Notes: generated by a model not told the origin, from the sequence alone. DNA of 64,000 nt from Eledone cirrhosa (GCA_964016885.1 OZ024740.1:133176001-133240000), one strand, 5' to 3'. Counted from the first letter of the stretch, positions 13,890-30,049 are shown. Made by a program: numbers and translations.

Positions 13890-15036
13890 CATATATTTAT
13901 ATAGATATATATACATGTATATATATCAAAATGAAAATCCGAAGGCAAGGTAAAATTCATATGTTTCAATAAGAGATAGATCGATTGTGAAGCCATGATC
14001 GATTATCACTGATTTCATCCGGTGAAAATGAATTGTTTTTAAATTCTTGATATGAGGGACAAAAAATAACGATGTTCTCTCACAGAATTCATTCCCTCAT
14101 ATGGAGACACACCGGTCAGAGACACGGCGACTGCTATTAGCTTAAGTTGAGGTCATAAAAGTTTTCAGATTTCTATCGGTGCAAAAGACGCTGGACATGA
14201 ATCAAATCTGTAGGCGTACAGTCAGTCACAGTTAAAAGTGAGTGGGTACACTCACTCCACACCCACATACATCGGCTCGAGGTCAAAGAAAAATATATAC
14301 ATATATATACACACATCAACACAGTATTAAACCCGTAGAATTAGCGTGGGTGGGTACACACACACTTTCACACACACCGAAGCGATGTCCGAGAAAAAAA
14401 ACAAATATAATAAAACAAATATAAAAATGTACCGACACATCACTCACCGAAAGTTAGTTCACAAAGCAACAGAAACTGTCGGTCAAATCTCAATTTGAAG
14501 ATGTAAATTGGAAATATTGGGTTAAACAACGCCCCAAACATACACACACACACACGCGCGCCCGCAAATAAGTTCAGTTCAGTGTTCTGCTATCCGTGTA
14601 TAGATCGAATTGTAACATCCATATCTTCATATCTTCTTATATGTATATATATGTATGTAAGTATAAATAATTTAATTCTATACTTAAGCTGTATACACTT
14701 TCACCTATTCCTCCAGAGACAGATATAAACAAGATATATGTTATTTCCAAAATGTTAATTTTACCTCACCGAATTAACCAGCTAATTCTTTAGTATCTAT
14801 CGTAATATTCCTTGCGTAATTAACATGCAAACTCAATGTTTAGTTAATGTTTCCTCCCTTCTAGGCCGTATATAATTTCCGTGTATGTAATGAAGTGAAC
14901 CTGCGATTACTGGGTCGATTTATGACTTCTCATTCTCAATTTCCTCGTATTCTAAGATAGGTCACTACATTTTCGGGATTCCAACAATATGATTCAGCCA
15001 TAAACTACACTAAAGGAATAACAGCAGAGCCAACAA

Positions 15037-15230
15037 ATAATAATTGTTTCTACTTTTGGCACAAGGCCAACAATTACCCAGTGTATTACTTGTACTTTTA
15101 TTTTATCGACCCCGAAAGGATGAAAGGCAAAGTTAACCTCGGTGGGATTTGAACTCAGACCATAAAGGGCTGTAACTCTTTGCTGCAAAGCATGGCGACA
15201 GACCCTCTACCGATACTGCCAATCCACCAA
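15037..15230 (-). mobile_element. tRNA-derived SINE
   Basis: A box (tggcagtatcgg), B box (gagttcaaatccc) and core gcctttcatcctttcggggtcgataaaataa on the minus strand. Confidence 0.88.
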
Positions 15231-15945
15231 TAATGAAATTAATTAATGGATATATTTTACAGTAACTACACTAATACAAAATCGCAATTTAAGTACACTG
15301 AACAATATAAACATATTTGTTGGTACATATAGCATTAATCTAAACATACAGAAAATATAAATATAATATATATATTACTAAAATGAATAGAGATTTCGTT
15401 TTTGAGAGAATTACAGACATGCGCCATATCGGCTCCGAAGGCAGCTCAGAGAAAACGTTCTGGACTCTTAATATAAATTCAAAAGCGAATGACATATATA
15501 GAAAATAGATCAAACATTAAAACAGGAGATAAGGTACAAAAAATGAAAGAACCTATAATAGCAAATGAGCAATATAGTGAAATTAAACAAATGTATCAAA
15601 CGGAACATATCCGACATTAAATATGTATTTTACTCTCTCGTATACAACTCCTTAATATATATACAACCTGAATGAAGAGTACCTATTGTATTTCTGCTCT
15701 GTAGTATATCTGACATTTTAAATTGAGTTAATTTTCTTACTGGTAATTGGGTAATACAAAATATTACCCTTATCTTATTTATAATTGTATATAGATTATA
15801 TATAAATATATATTAATATTAATATTATTATTAATGTATATATATATATATATATACAGATACACACACACGCATTTATATATATATATATATAAATCTA
15901 ATCAGCAAAGACTATTCTCAAAATTTCAAGGAAAAAACTCCTATA

Positions 15946-16122
15946 ATAATTATTTCTACTTTTGGCACAAAACCAGTAATTATCCCAGTGCATAACTGGT
16001 ACTTTATTTTATCGACCCGTAAGGATGAAAGGCAAAGTAAACCTCGCTGGGATTTGAACTCAGACCATAAAGGGGCATAACTCTATGGCGTCCGACCCTC
16101 TACCGATACTGCCAATCCACCA
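15946..16122 (-). mobile_element. tRNA-derived SINE
   Basis: Same family as 15037. Confidence 0.88.
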
Positions 16123-16249
16123 CTCACTCCTATAATAATTGGAGCAAGTACAATATATGTGTTGTATGTGTGTTTCTCAGTGCCTCTTCTGTGTGTAGGT
16201 GTTTTTTTCTATATACATATGGTAAGTAATATGTGTATATATATATTTA

Positions 16250-16326
<77 letters not shown>

Positions 16327-16401
16327 TAAAATTAAAATTATCGAGCCTTCTTTGGATTTTAGTCTTCAAATTTATTATTATTACTATATATATATATATA
16401 T

Positions 16402-16675
16402 AGGAACGAGTAGGACCCCGACGGCTGAGCTCAAGCCGTTTCGACGGCTAATTCTGGACTAAATGAACATGTTTATCCTGGTACATGAATAGCCGAACTT
16501 CTCAGGGGGTAATTGTGAATTAGCCAGAATTGTGAATTACCCAGAATTAGCCGTCGAAACGGCTTGAGCTCAGCCGTCGGGATCCTACTCGTTCCTATTA
16601 CCCACTCTACTACCCTAAGTATTGAGTACTTTGGTTCCTTATGGTCCATCTGGTTCCTTACCACATTTCCTTCGT
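16402..16675. mobile_element. Variant-hammerhead repeat family copy with inverted arms, in (TA)n
   Basis: Left arm on the minus strand (16402-16515), right arm on the plus strand (16540-16675). Confidence 0.8.
16415..16510 (-). ncRNA. Type I hammerhead-like motif with non-canonical core CUGAGAAG
   Basis: acccc-CTGAGAAG-ttcggcta..tagccgtc-GAAAC-ggcttgagctcagcc-GTC-ggggt; all three stems pair. Confidence 0.65.
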
Positions 16676-16798
16676 AATATATATATATATATATGTGTGT
16701 GTGCGTGTGTGTGTGTGTGTGTTTGTATGTGTGTTTCTCAGTGCCTCTTCTGTGTGTAGGTGGGTTTTCCTATATACATATGGTAAGTAATATGTATT

Positions 16799-16831
<33 letters not shown>

Positions 16832-19800
16832 GGGTGGGTGTGTCTCTGTGTGTGTCTATATATATGTGTGTGTGTGTGTGTAAGTATGCACATGCCTTGG
16901 CGTTGTTGTGTATTCACATCCCCTGATGTATATATTTATTTGTGATTGGCGAGCAATCTCGTAACATTATTTGACGGATGTTGAGTAAATCACCATTATG
17001 TTAGATTTTCGAGAAGCAGTCTTACTATCTCTCAACATGAAACTGCGAGTATTCCTGAAAAGTCTTCTTTCAATCACCGTCCCGAATGCTATATGTATTA
17101 GCAATGGTTGTGAAGTTCAAAGATTATATTATCAATAGCTCATGCTGCATCAATATTATAGGTTGTAAAGATGCGATGGTAATAATTATTGCAACGAATG
17201 TAGCAATATATGTCTAGTGATCCAGTTCTGGGATGTCTCAAAATTCAAGCTTTAACACCAAAAATAATAAAATCATCCTAATATAATTATCAGGGAAGAG
17301 AATCAACAACTTACAAACCACGATATATACGGGTTTATAAAACTTGATAATATATTTTTATTTCCTACTAATCTAATGATTTTACTATATTTATTTTGTA
17401 TTGTTCTTTTCTGAAATATATTAGTGGTTCCGTTGACATTGTGTTGCAAAAGTATTATGTATTCTGATATATAATAATATTTTGGTGAAAGATAACATCA
17501 GTCTCATAAATAATTGGCAATCAATCTTATTTATCATATTTATATTATTCGCTTTCAACACTTAACATTGACTCTTCGTCATTTTTCTGGCAACAATTCT
17601 CATACGCAATAAAAACATATACTGGAAATGCCATGCCGTACACTAAGATTTTATTTCTCCAATAGGAAGTAATGATGTAATACTATTTATGGTTATATCA
17701 CTGATAGTCGTTTGTTTGAGTGAGTTTGGTGATATAATTATTAATAATCGCAGCTGTGACGCGAATATTTTTTTAGTGGAATTATAAGTTACTGAATATA
17801 TTGGTAGGGGAAAAGGATTTCGGACTTGCAACATAACAATGTGCCTGAAGTATTTAGTTTAGAGGAGGCATTATCCAAAATGGAGTTGCTTATGATATTG
17901 ATAATTTAGAATGAGTAAAGTGTATTAAATTTGTTGCTATTTTTATACTCATGGCAATTACTGATTTTGAAATATAGTTTAGTAGCAGGTTACAATCAAT
18001 TCATGATCATCAATGAAACCATGAGATATGTTTTTACAGTGTATCTACCATGGCTTTTTTATCAGGCATATTGTATCTGAGACACGCCTCATTCAAAGTG
18101 TCTTTTCATTTTTCAAAGCGCTAGTGTGTGATTTTATTAATAGGACGTCTATTCATATCGACTAAGCAGTCGCACAAGGCCCCGTTCGTTGAATCGTGTA
18201 AATTTAAATAATGTTATTAACAGTGATATTATTGCTACTTATAATTGATTCAGAAACGTGTCGTTTATAATGATAATAAGATGTGACAATAATATCGGTG
18301 ACTTGGAACATGGCGCTGCTACCATCAATGCGAACTTTGTAAGGTGTAAGAAGACTGCTTTATCTCCACCTTCTCATGTCGGAGCTATTAAACTATCGGA
18401 AAATCTCTTTCTAGACGGATTAGATACTCACGTGACCTTCTAGGCTTCCTGGGATACGGATTAATTCATCTATTCTTATAGGCTTTGGTGTTAGATATAA
18501 TGTTACTGCTATATAATGTTTGGGATATGAGTAATACGATGGATATGTTTTAGATAGTGCCGGCTGGCTTATTTGGTTGTTAGAAGTTGTGTTGTAAGTA
18601 TATTTGCATATTGTTTGAAAGCTAAGATGTATTTAGTAGCCATTTGGGGATGTAAGTCATGGTATCATAGTGAATGATAATGATGTTCTTTAGACTGACA
18701 AACATAGATTATCCGACTACCAGGAAAATATATATAATCGTATCATCAGGCTAAAAACAAAATACTTATTTCTGTTGAGTCACTTAAAGGCCATTCATTA
18801 TAAAGTAATATACATATATATATATATATATATTATATTATAGTATATCGAATCATTCGAAGTAGATATGCGTGTTTTTATCGAAGACTTGGCGATTAAA
18901 ATTAAATACAGAAATAGTGTAATTTGAACTGAAAAGGAGAGATAAAAAAAATATCATTCTCTTATTTCAAAGGAAAGTCAACTTGCTGTGACTGTTATTA
19001 CGCTTCGCTATCGAATACAACCGAAAATAGAACCGGCGAATCATGTAGTGAAATGTTTTACCCGGGAATTGAATGTTTTAGAATACATATAACATGCGAG
19101 CTGGTACCAGTCATCTACATGAATCCAAATTAAAAGTTAATCAAATCTGAAATTCGATAAAAATTTGCCGTATACAGTAAACTAACATAAATACAATGAC
19201 ACTGTCTATCGAGCAATCGATTCAACTAATCATCAAATATGTTAGTTTCTAGTCTTAACGTAAGTGATATAATTTTCATTGTGGCCTTAGAGAAACATAA
19301 CTCTACCACAAAGAAAACTCTTCATAAGTTATCTAACCTATTCGACTGGAACACTTTGTTCTAAATACGTATAGGTTATTTTGAATCACTTTCCTAATGT
19401 TTGTTTCTTCTCATTATTCCTTAGAGATAAACCGTTTTAATATCGATGTTTTGTACTTCAGTGGCGATGGCACCGTCGGAGAAATACAGAATAGATATAT
19501 TAACTTATCTAGATTGAAGTGTATTTTTCCGAATTGAAATATTGCCAAAGATCATTTTACATTTTATTACTCAAAATTTCAAAAAATAAATACCTGTATT
19601 ATATTGGACGAATCAATCGATTTTATTCTCCTAAAAAATTCATTTCATTTAATAGTAAACTAATCAATATTTATGTTCTTTTCAATGCTCATCGGACGCA
19701 TGGTATATCTCTGTAATCAAGTATTGCAGTATACACATCCTCACTAAATTTGTATGACAAAAGCGTTAGTTATTCGGGTCTGGCAATATGCCATTACGAT

Positions 19801-20569
19801 TGAAGGCCGAGGAAAAAATGGGAAACCCTATACTTAACAAAATCTAATCACAATAGACTTCCTGATAATTTGGAAATGTATATCTAATTTTCAATAAACC
19901 ATTATATGTTCTCTACATTAGAGCGTAAATATGCTCTCATTAGTTTTCGAAAGAAAGCTTTACTACTATACCACCAACACACATTGTTGAATTTTATCAG
20001 ATTAGTTATTAAAGGATCTTAATGCTGAAGTAACGTAGAGAAATATAAGCATCTGAAGTGATTTAAATTGATGTGCTCTCTTACATTCCAATTAAAATTA
20101 AGCAACCAGAAATAGCAGATGTATTACATACATTAAGTATCACTTTAGATATATCAGTGAATATGAAAGCATATGTCATTATAATTCCAATTATAACAAT
20201 TGTGTATGTATCAGAATTTAGTGAAATTCAGGCACACTTCAATGCGATATTATAGCTATAAATTGTTCCTAATTAAACTGATTGCATTAATATAAACTAT
20301 GTGATATAACCTTTTATCATAACTATTATATAGAGTAATATGAAATTATCGCAGGACAACAATGTTCAGGGAAAGAACAATAAATCGAAAAACAAAATAA
20401 ACAAATATGGAAACAAATATAGAAAATATGGAAACAAATATAAACATATATAGAAAATATAGGAAACAAAGGGAAATAAAAAAAACTACGCGAGTAGCGA
20501 TGCATATAAAGGACATATCAAATTACATTTCACAATGAAAGAAAGTGCGAATACGAAGTGAAGGAATTC

Positions 20570-21030
20570 CCTTAAAATGTGGGAGTGTCTGGGGATGTTA
20601 TTGTTGTGAGGATGAGAGTATATTTTATATGTAAATTGAAAGTCGAATTAGGGAATTGTGGGTTTGTTTTCAGATGCTTGGGTGTATATATGATTTTGTA
20701 GTGAGATTTCAAATTTTTTCGGAAAGAGGTGAATTGAAAAAATATATAAATAGCCAGGTTAGTATTGTTAGTTGTGGGGTGGGCCAAGGGGGTGGCGCGG
20801 TGAAAAGGAGCAGTGTGTTAGTGGTGTTAGAGGCGGATGTGTGGGGAGGAAAGGTGGGCGGTCCAAGGCTAAATGAAATAGGGGTGGGGAGTTCAGGTCT
20901 GTAGGGGGAAGATGGTGCGTTGTTCTACCGTCAGGCGGGTGACGGGTCTTCCATGGCATTGGAGTAGACCACAGACTGTGAGGTCGTGGGCGGAATGTCC
21001 AGGGGAGCCAATTTTCTCACTTATATTATA
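20570..21030 (-). mobile_element. PLE 3' remnant (GIY-YIG C-terminus of Neptune/Poseidon type) plus UTR
   Basis: Manual minus-strand translation SPGHSAHDLTVCGLLQCHGRPVTRLTVEQRTIFPLQT resembles the GHS..D..GL..R..EQ..IF.L.T end of PLE endonucleases. Confidence 0.6.
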
Positions 21031-21559
21031 TCACACTCTGCTCTGTAAGAACATAGTGTGCTCAACTAGCATATCGCCTGTGGAAGCATCACAGCTGCCA
21101 TTAAACACACATATATATATATATATATATGTGTGTGTATGTGTGTGCGTGTGTGTGTATGTGTGTGTGTATGTGTGTGTGTATGTACGTGTGCGTACTT
21201 ACATTTATGTATCAGCTGTGCTAGGGCAAGAAATAAAATTCTAATTCTATTTTGAACATAAATATACATATACATAATATTTTAGTGATTGAATAATTTC
21301 TATGGTGAATACATTCAGATTTCTTGAAAATTTTACTAACTTCAGCATATTTACATTCTGGAGGGTTCGAAACAACCTGACGTGATTTGGAATGTTTTGT
21401 CTAGGCAGCGTGGTTAATAACACATAGTCTTCATGTACAAATCCAGTTACGCTTCCAAGTTTCAGACCGACTAATATTCTAACATTTTGTTTCTTTGCAG
21501 GATTTTCACTGCTGAGAGGTTACCTAATCGACCCGAGTGGAAACATACATCTATAGTAA

Positions 21560-21778
21560 TTAATGATTTCTAATATAGGCACAAGGACAGTAATTTGGGT
21601 GGTGTGAGGGGAGTCCATTAAATCGACCCCAGTACGTTAATATTGCTTTATTTTATTGACTCTGTAAGGATGAAAGGCAAAGTTAACCTCAGCGGGATTT
21701 GAACTCAGACCATAAAGGGCCGTAACTCTATGCTACAAAGCATGTTTTCTGCCCTCTACCGATAGTGCAATCCACCGT
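21560..21778 (-). mobile_element. tRNA-derived SINE (variant tail)
   Basis: Same head and core as the other copies. Confidence 0.8.
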
Positions 21779-22274
21779 GCTAACAGATATAGTAAATAAT
21801 CTGAAATAAAATAAAGAAACAGTAAGACACAGTATGGCAATAAAACCACAATCTTTTACAGATTATGTATTTTACAACTTCAAATAATTGAAGTTTACAT
21901 TTGCTACCACACATGATTAGATCACCGTGAAATCAACAGAATCTCTAGTTTAGAAGAAACTCTTTATTCAACTAGTCACACATGTGGCCCATTCTAAAGT
22001 AAAGATATTATGAATTCCTATCGTATTTAACATAATGAATTATTGAGCGCTTATCAGGTGTTAATTTCAAAATTATATGTTATCCATACGCATATGTATA
22101 CTCTGATCGTATAAATATTGACATATTATATCCCGTTATCTATTGCTTGTTAAGTCATAACTGTACTCATCAGCTACCGCAATGGTGGATGCACTCCAGT
22201 TATACATTATAATGCCAAAAGTTAAAATGGAAAGATGGAAAATCAAGAAAAGCAAACGCATATGTATATAAATA

Positions 22275-23928
<1,654 letters not shown>

Positions 23929-24049
23929 TATATATATATATATATATATGCACTAGCACACTCACCCCACATAATTACACACCTATATGTAAACATTCTT
24001 TTCGTTGTGCCGCATGGATATATATATATATATATATAAAGGAATATTT

Positions 24050-24290
24050 TCAAGACCCCCACTCCAGAGCTCAAGCCGTTTCGACGGCTATTTCTGGACT
24101 AATTTAAATGTTTAGCATGGTAATAAATAGCCGAACTTTTCAAGGGGTAATTCCATATATGGGTGTGCGATAATCATGCATTTCTGAAGATTGTAGTTGT
24201 CAAAAGGATTGGTAAAAATTACTTGTAAACACAAATCTTTCATGGCGGTGGCTGAACTTGCCTGTAGAACAAAGAGAGAGAGTGCGTTAA
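24050..24290 (-). mobile_element. Diverged copy of the variant-hammerhead family
   Basis: Aligns by eye with 42538-42780. Core reads TTGAAAAG. Confidence 0.7.
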
Positions 24291-24384
24291 GCGTTGAAAG
24301 TGAATTCTATAGTGTGGATGAATTAGGCCCCAGGAATCTAATGCACTTTTCCATCCTTTTCTGCCACGCTTGCATGCACTACTG

Positions 24385-24756
24385 GCGCGTTCAACGTTGA
24401 CCTCAGTCCTGGGGTCATCTTCCACGTCGTTGCACCACTCAAAAACACGTGAGCGTGACCTCATCTCATCTCCATACACTTGCTGCAGCAATCCCAGTGC
24501 TTCTGACGGAGTTTTCCCCAACCGTACCAGAAACTTCAAGTTTATTCGTTGCTCTGTGCTCATTGCTTGACGACCTGAAACAGAGGACATGTACATAAAA
24601 TTATGAAGAAAAAAGTTTGATCGCTGCAGTGAGCTAAGGTTACAGTTACATACTCCAGGGGGATTACTTTGAACGAGAAAACTCTTAGTGCGAAGTTTGG
24701 GTTTGAAATAAATCTTTGTTGACATTAGTCCTGGAACCTTTCTGACGCACCTCGTA
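24385..24756 (-). mobile_element. Mariner transposon 5' fragment (TIR + transposase N-terminal HTH, internally deleted)
   Basis: MSTEQRINLKFLVRLGKTPSEALGLLQQVYGDE..SRSRVFEW..DVEDDPR. TIR-like TAcgaggtgcgtcagaaaggttccag at 24731-24756. Confidence 0.85.
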
Positions 24757-25063
24757 TATATATATAATGAGTTGGCATCCTACGTCTGGGCACTTGCCGT
24801 TTCAACAGTTAGTTTATGTGTTCTTACGCACATATTCTCAAATGGATGGACTATTCAGTTAAAGAATTCTCACAACCAGAGTTTGGATGGGCTGTTTTGA
24901 TTTTAAAATGATTATTTCCTTCATGACTATAACTGTACCTGGCTTTGTATGTAACTGCATTGTTAGTACATGTCTAAATTTGTCAGTGGCACTGATTTCT
25001 AGCACCTAGCACTGATCGAATTCAGGTAACATGCATTGTAATCAAGTACAATCTGTAATCTCG

Positions 25064-25266
25064 AGAAGAAGAAGAAGAAGAAGAAGAAGAAGAAGAAGAA
25101 GAAGAAGAAGAAGAAGAAGAAGAAGAAGAAGAAGAAGAAGAAGAAGAAGAAGAAGAAGAAGAAGAAGAAGAAGAAGAAGAAGAAGAAGAAGAAGAAGAAG
25201 AAGAAGAAGAAGAAGAAGAAGAAGAAGAAGAAGAAGAAGAAGAAGAAGAAGAAGAAGAAGAAGAAG

Positions 25267-25295
<29 letters not shown>
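25064..25295. repeat. (GAA)n microsatellite
   Basis: Uninterrupted ~230-bp array. Confidence 0.98.
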
Positions 25296-25297
<2 letters not shown>

Positions 25298-27228
25298 TGT
25301 TATATTAGAAGTTAATATGCGCAAATCAATATAGAGGTTGTTTTATATTCATTGTGTCCAATGGGCTCTTAAAATAAGTCTTACTATAATATAAAAAATA
25401 TCTGAATATTTAGTATTGTGTTTACATTATGACATAACTATACTGAATTAATAAATAATTATATTCCAATACTTATTCGTACTGTAAATAACTTCCAAGT
25501 GAACTCAGTAATTTTATCTATTGAAAACATTTAATTATTAATTTTTACACAATGTTAGAATAAGTTCCGAAAGTTACCATTAGGTGACTCCTATTAATGT
25601 CTCTCAAATATATTTTAATCCTTATGTCTAATATATAAATCTTGTTTCTTGTTTATAGAAATACAAGTACTATGTAAATCTTATCTGAAAATTAGTTAGT
25701 CTAATGTTGATATATTTTCAAAGCAAATTAGCAACGTAAGTGAATTTAAATTGATGGAATCGAGAATTAAATATGGAGTCAGCTAGCCGGACGCTTAGAT
25801 CAGTTACGGTAAAATTGCGTAATTTATAAATCATTAATATCTTTGTCAGCATTATACAAGAACTCACATGGCTGAATTGATAAAGTACTTAATGATTAGT
25901 TGAGATGTCAACTATTTCTAGCTTGACATTACAGCTTCATTGGTTACGTTCATGGGATATTTATACAACTCATAGCTGAGTTCATTTAGATGTAAATAGG
26001 TGTCACAAGGGACAGCAACTCAAAGTTTGGTTGAATTGATTTAGGAAAATAATATTCTCATATCACAATATGTTCGGGAAATTCAGGCCCTGCCAAGCTG
26101 ACATTCCCTTGATATACTTCATATAGACGAAATCTTCTGTAATGGTTTTGAAGCAGAAAGAGTTATGGGACTCTACACTTCTACAGAACACCTCAAATGA
26201 CGGTTATGTGGATAGAAAACTATATTGTGTATTTAAAAAGTAAAATGTGTGTACACTTTAGAACTTGATATAAAAGACAGAAAAATGTTCTTACCGTTTA
26301 TATTTCAGAAACTAAATGGTGAGAACTTTTACTGATTTGCTATTACTAAATCATCCGCATTTATATTTGTTATTACACAATGTTTTTGAAAATGACAATC
26401 CAAATTGTTCACTTTGAGAATAATACTTGTTAATATATTGGCTCCTAATTAAATCTCTCTGATTCAATTTAAATTTCGTTTCTGTTGTCAATAAAAGAAC
26501 AAATGACCAAAAACTTAATAACATAAAGAAAAATATTTAATTATTCTTCGTTGATCGATGAAACTAATTAAAATAGTGAATGACAGCGATATATTAGGGG
26601 ATTACATTGATAGACGCAATTGTTATTAAATCTTGGTTTGTTTGGCAAGCCGTATCATTACAAAATCCATAATCCCCCTTAGCTTATGGCCGAAGATCAA
26701 TAATTTGTATTTAGAGAAGGCAGTGAGTAGGAGGAAATGACACCTTACGTGAATTAGCTTATTTCATTTAGGTTATGAGATCTATTCTTTCATGGGTCGA
26801 CTCGTCAGTGTCTAAATCTTTGGGGTCCATTACATCAGATAACAAAAATATACAACAATGAGTGTTCCACCCATTTCATTTATTAATCAATCTTTTGTAG
26901 ATGTTTTGCTTATAACAAAACCTTCCGGCTATGAACACAGACTATAATTACTGTGTCTGGGAATATATTATAAAATGTATCTCTCCTTGTATTATAAGAG
27001 ATATTTAAATATTTGGAAATGTATTTAAAGTGTATTTCAGTAAAAAGAAATTTCATGTATATTGTTCTTTGTTGCATGTCATTAGTAAAATATTTATATT
27101 CAGATGCAGGAAAAGAGACTATTTTGTTATAGTGAGAAAGTAGTGTCTGTGATGCAAAACGCCAATGATCATATACAGCGACGAATGGAAGTTTAATTGG
27201 TACTACATTGACTATTTCGATCCCACTT

Positions 27229-27288
<60 letters not shown>

Positions 27289-27639
27289 ACTGGAAATAGC
27301 TGTTGAAACAGCAAGAACTCAGCCTGACTCTTTATAATATAACCATACTCTACAAACCCCAGTATCGCATTGGATTCAAACTGAATCCATCCTGGTTTAT
27401 ATATATATATAAATGTGCGTGTGTGTGTGTGTGTGTGTGTGTCTGTGTGCGTGTTTGTGTGAGTGAGTGTGTGCGTGTATGTTTCTGTGTGTGTGTGTGT
27501 GTATGAAAATTAAAGTACCCAATATTTGTCTTTATATTGCATCACTTTTGCGGTCACATGAGGCTGGAATTGAACTGATAATAGCTGAGAGAGAAAGAAT
27601 TTCACTAATTATTGTTCTGTTTATTATGCAGATAATACT

Positions 27640-28130
27640 TTTGTGTATCATATGGACGTACCTCTTCAGATTTGTTTAAGGAAATAGCTTGCTATAACAC
27701 CACGCACACTCAAGTTCTACGAAGTGCAAAGACTTCAAAGTCACTTTCGGAAACATCTGAATACATGGTTCAGATTCCTGAATTCTGAATGTCAACCATT
27801 CAAGCAGAATTGATGCTTCCTACTACAAGATGTTACGTGTGGTGTTTACCATTTCATGGCAAAGTCACACTACAAAGACAGTATTTATGGTGATCTACCA
27901 CGAGTTTCATCAAAAGTTCGAACCCATCGCTTGTCTCTTGCTGGTTATGTATCCCACCATGATGAGCCTGCAGTAAAACTGCATTTCTGGTCACCAGTAT
28001 GGTTACCGTGTATGGGGTCCAAACATAACCCTCAGGACTCTGTTGGCGAGGGACTCTAGCCTCACTGGACATGATCGCCTTACTGCGATGAGAAAGCGGG
28101 GAATCTGGAATAAGAACTTTGTGCATGCTT
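27640..28130 (+). mobile_element. Degenerate RTE/RTEX-like LINE 3' fragment
   Basis: IYGDLPRVSSKVRTHRLSLAGYVSHH is homologous to LYGSLPKVSSKVTQRRLRLAGHAHR at 52915. Confidence 0.7.
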
Positions 28131-28169
28131 CACCTTCGATGGAGGGATGACTCAAAACAAAACAACAAT

Positions 28170-28352
28170 GTATGTATTGCAATGACTCACCCAAGATCTT
28201 CGGCCCTTGAATGCCCTTTATTTTGTGTCCTAAATCCCCCTCCTCACCAAGCAAGATTGTTGTAAATAACCGCTTTGTCACTGATGACCGAGCCATATAA
28301 TAGGTTGCACTGGGATTCATTTTACCAGTAGTGCTTGAGAGCGACCTGACAT
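28170..28352 (-). mobile_element. Diverged repeat homologous to 59840-60032 (probable LINE 5' UTR piece)
   Basis: Shared ccctcctcaccaag and gacctgacata blocks. Confidence 0.5.
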
Positions 28353-29007
28353 AGAAATTTGAAAATCTCCTGTGGAGCATGACAAAGGAAAGAGGGGTCT
28401 GCATAAAGACTGCAGGCTATTACTTTATCTGGATTTTCAGATGCTCAAAATGTACAATAAATGTAGCCAGATTTACTTCAGTAAAGCAGGTCGTAAATGT
28501 CATCAGAAAGTCATATACAAAATGCTGCCAATTAAGATCCCTTTGACGATCCTTCCAGTCGATAGTGTGGAAAACAATGTGCCTCGGTCAGGTGACCACA
28601 AAAGCTCACCAAAATAAAGCAGGATCAAATTGAAAGTATTGTTCATCACTCCAGCATATGCAAAAAAGTGGGTAAATCCTTCGCAGGCTTAAAGAATAAC
28701 GTTCAGTTTGTAGCAATTCTTAAAATCGCTATGTAGCCATCAAATGCATCTATGTATGTATGCTTGTATGTTGTTTTTTTTAATCTTAATATTTTTTAAT
28801 GTGATAGAGTCCCTTGTCTACAAATATAGAGATAAGTCGGCGAAGTGCTGCAGTTCATCTGTAGTGGCCGCAGATGCGAAAGGAAAATCCACTGGGAGTG
28901 AAGGACTCTGAGCTGGTGTTACAGTATCCTTCTAAGAAAGGAAAACATTCAAATAAAACCTCTGGTCCATGTAATTACTGGTCATCTGGCTTAGGATTGT
29001 CACCAGA

Positions 29008-29190
29008 CAATAATTGTTTCTACTTTTGGCACAAGGCCAGCAATTACCCAGTGCATTACTGGTACTTTATTTTATCGACCCCGTAAGGATGAAAGGCAAA
29101 GTCAACCTCGGCGGGATTTGAACTCAGGGACGTAACTATGCTGGAAAGCATGGCGTCCGACCCTCTACCGATACTGCCAATCCACCGCCC
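29008..29190 (-). mobile_element. tRNA-derived SINE with target-site duplication
   Basis: Full head and core. attgtcaccagacaataat occurs on both sides (~28996 and ~29196). Confidence 0.9.
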
Positions 29191-29214
29191 TCATTATTGT
29201 CACCAGACAATAAT

Positions 29215-30020
29215 GTTATCCAACTATCTTTCTCGGGATCTACTCCTGGGTCTTTAGTCCGTCGGTTTTGTCCGTAAAATCTATCCAGCAACTCCTTCCT
29301 GAGACAAACTAACCACATGCTCATAGCATCGGAGCTGTGATCTCCCATTTCGTAGTGGTTCTAACTGGAGTGACTCTATGATATCCGAACTACACACGCT
29401 ATCGTGTACTCTTACTACGGAGATCTTTCGGAGGAGCCCCTTTTCGGCCGCTTGATTCGCAATTGGTTTCGTTAGGGCAATACCCAAGATTCATGATCAT
29501 AGGTAGGGTTTTGGTTTTGAGGCCTACCTCTCTTTTTCCGATTACTGAATACAGAAGCTGGTGCATTGCTACACCAGCTCCTGCAATCCTTCTACTTAAT
29601 TCAGCCTCCTGACTGCCATCAGTTGCAACCTGGAACATCACAATTCTTACAGGAACCAGTGGTGGAGTTTACATGCTCCAGGCTAGATATAGCCGGGTTT
29701 TCCTCAACAAAGTTCCATGGCTCTGATACTGTAGATTTGGTTGGAGAATGAAAAGTCTACTATTCAGGTTTGGCACCAGCAATGACTGCATAGTCGGGAG
29801 TGGGGATACTCACAATCGCCAGGCTGTCAGAATGAGTTATGGACAGCTTAGGCTGAAAGATAGGTCTCTGTAGGTCGTGCAACTTCATGCACTAAACAAG
29901 GAGCCGAATACAGGTCCTTCCTTGATGAAGTCACTGCAACGTTAGATGTAGTTAAGACTGAGTCATGCAACCTGACGAGAGATTTCAATACATAAGTCGC
30001 CACTTACAACCTGCCTTGTA
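29215..30020 (-). mobile_element. Degenerate RTE-like RT fragment
   Basis: EAELSRRIAGAGVAMHQL..VGLKTK in ORF 29399-29641. Confidence 0.6.
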
Positions 30021-30049
30021 AATGATTGGGGGATTAATAGACTTCTTTT

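Noticed and set aside
17650-18750. Possible ancient retroelement remnant
   Set aside because: Only a faint IYV..S pattern, too degraded to support.
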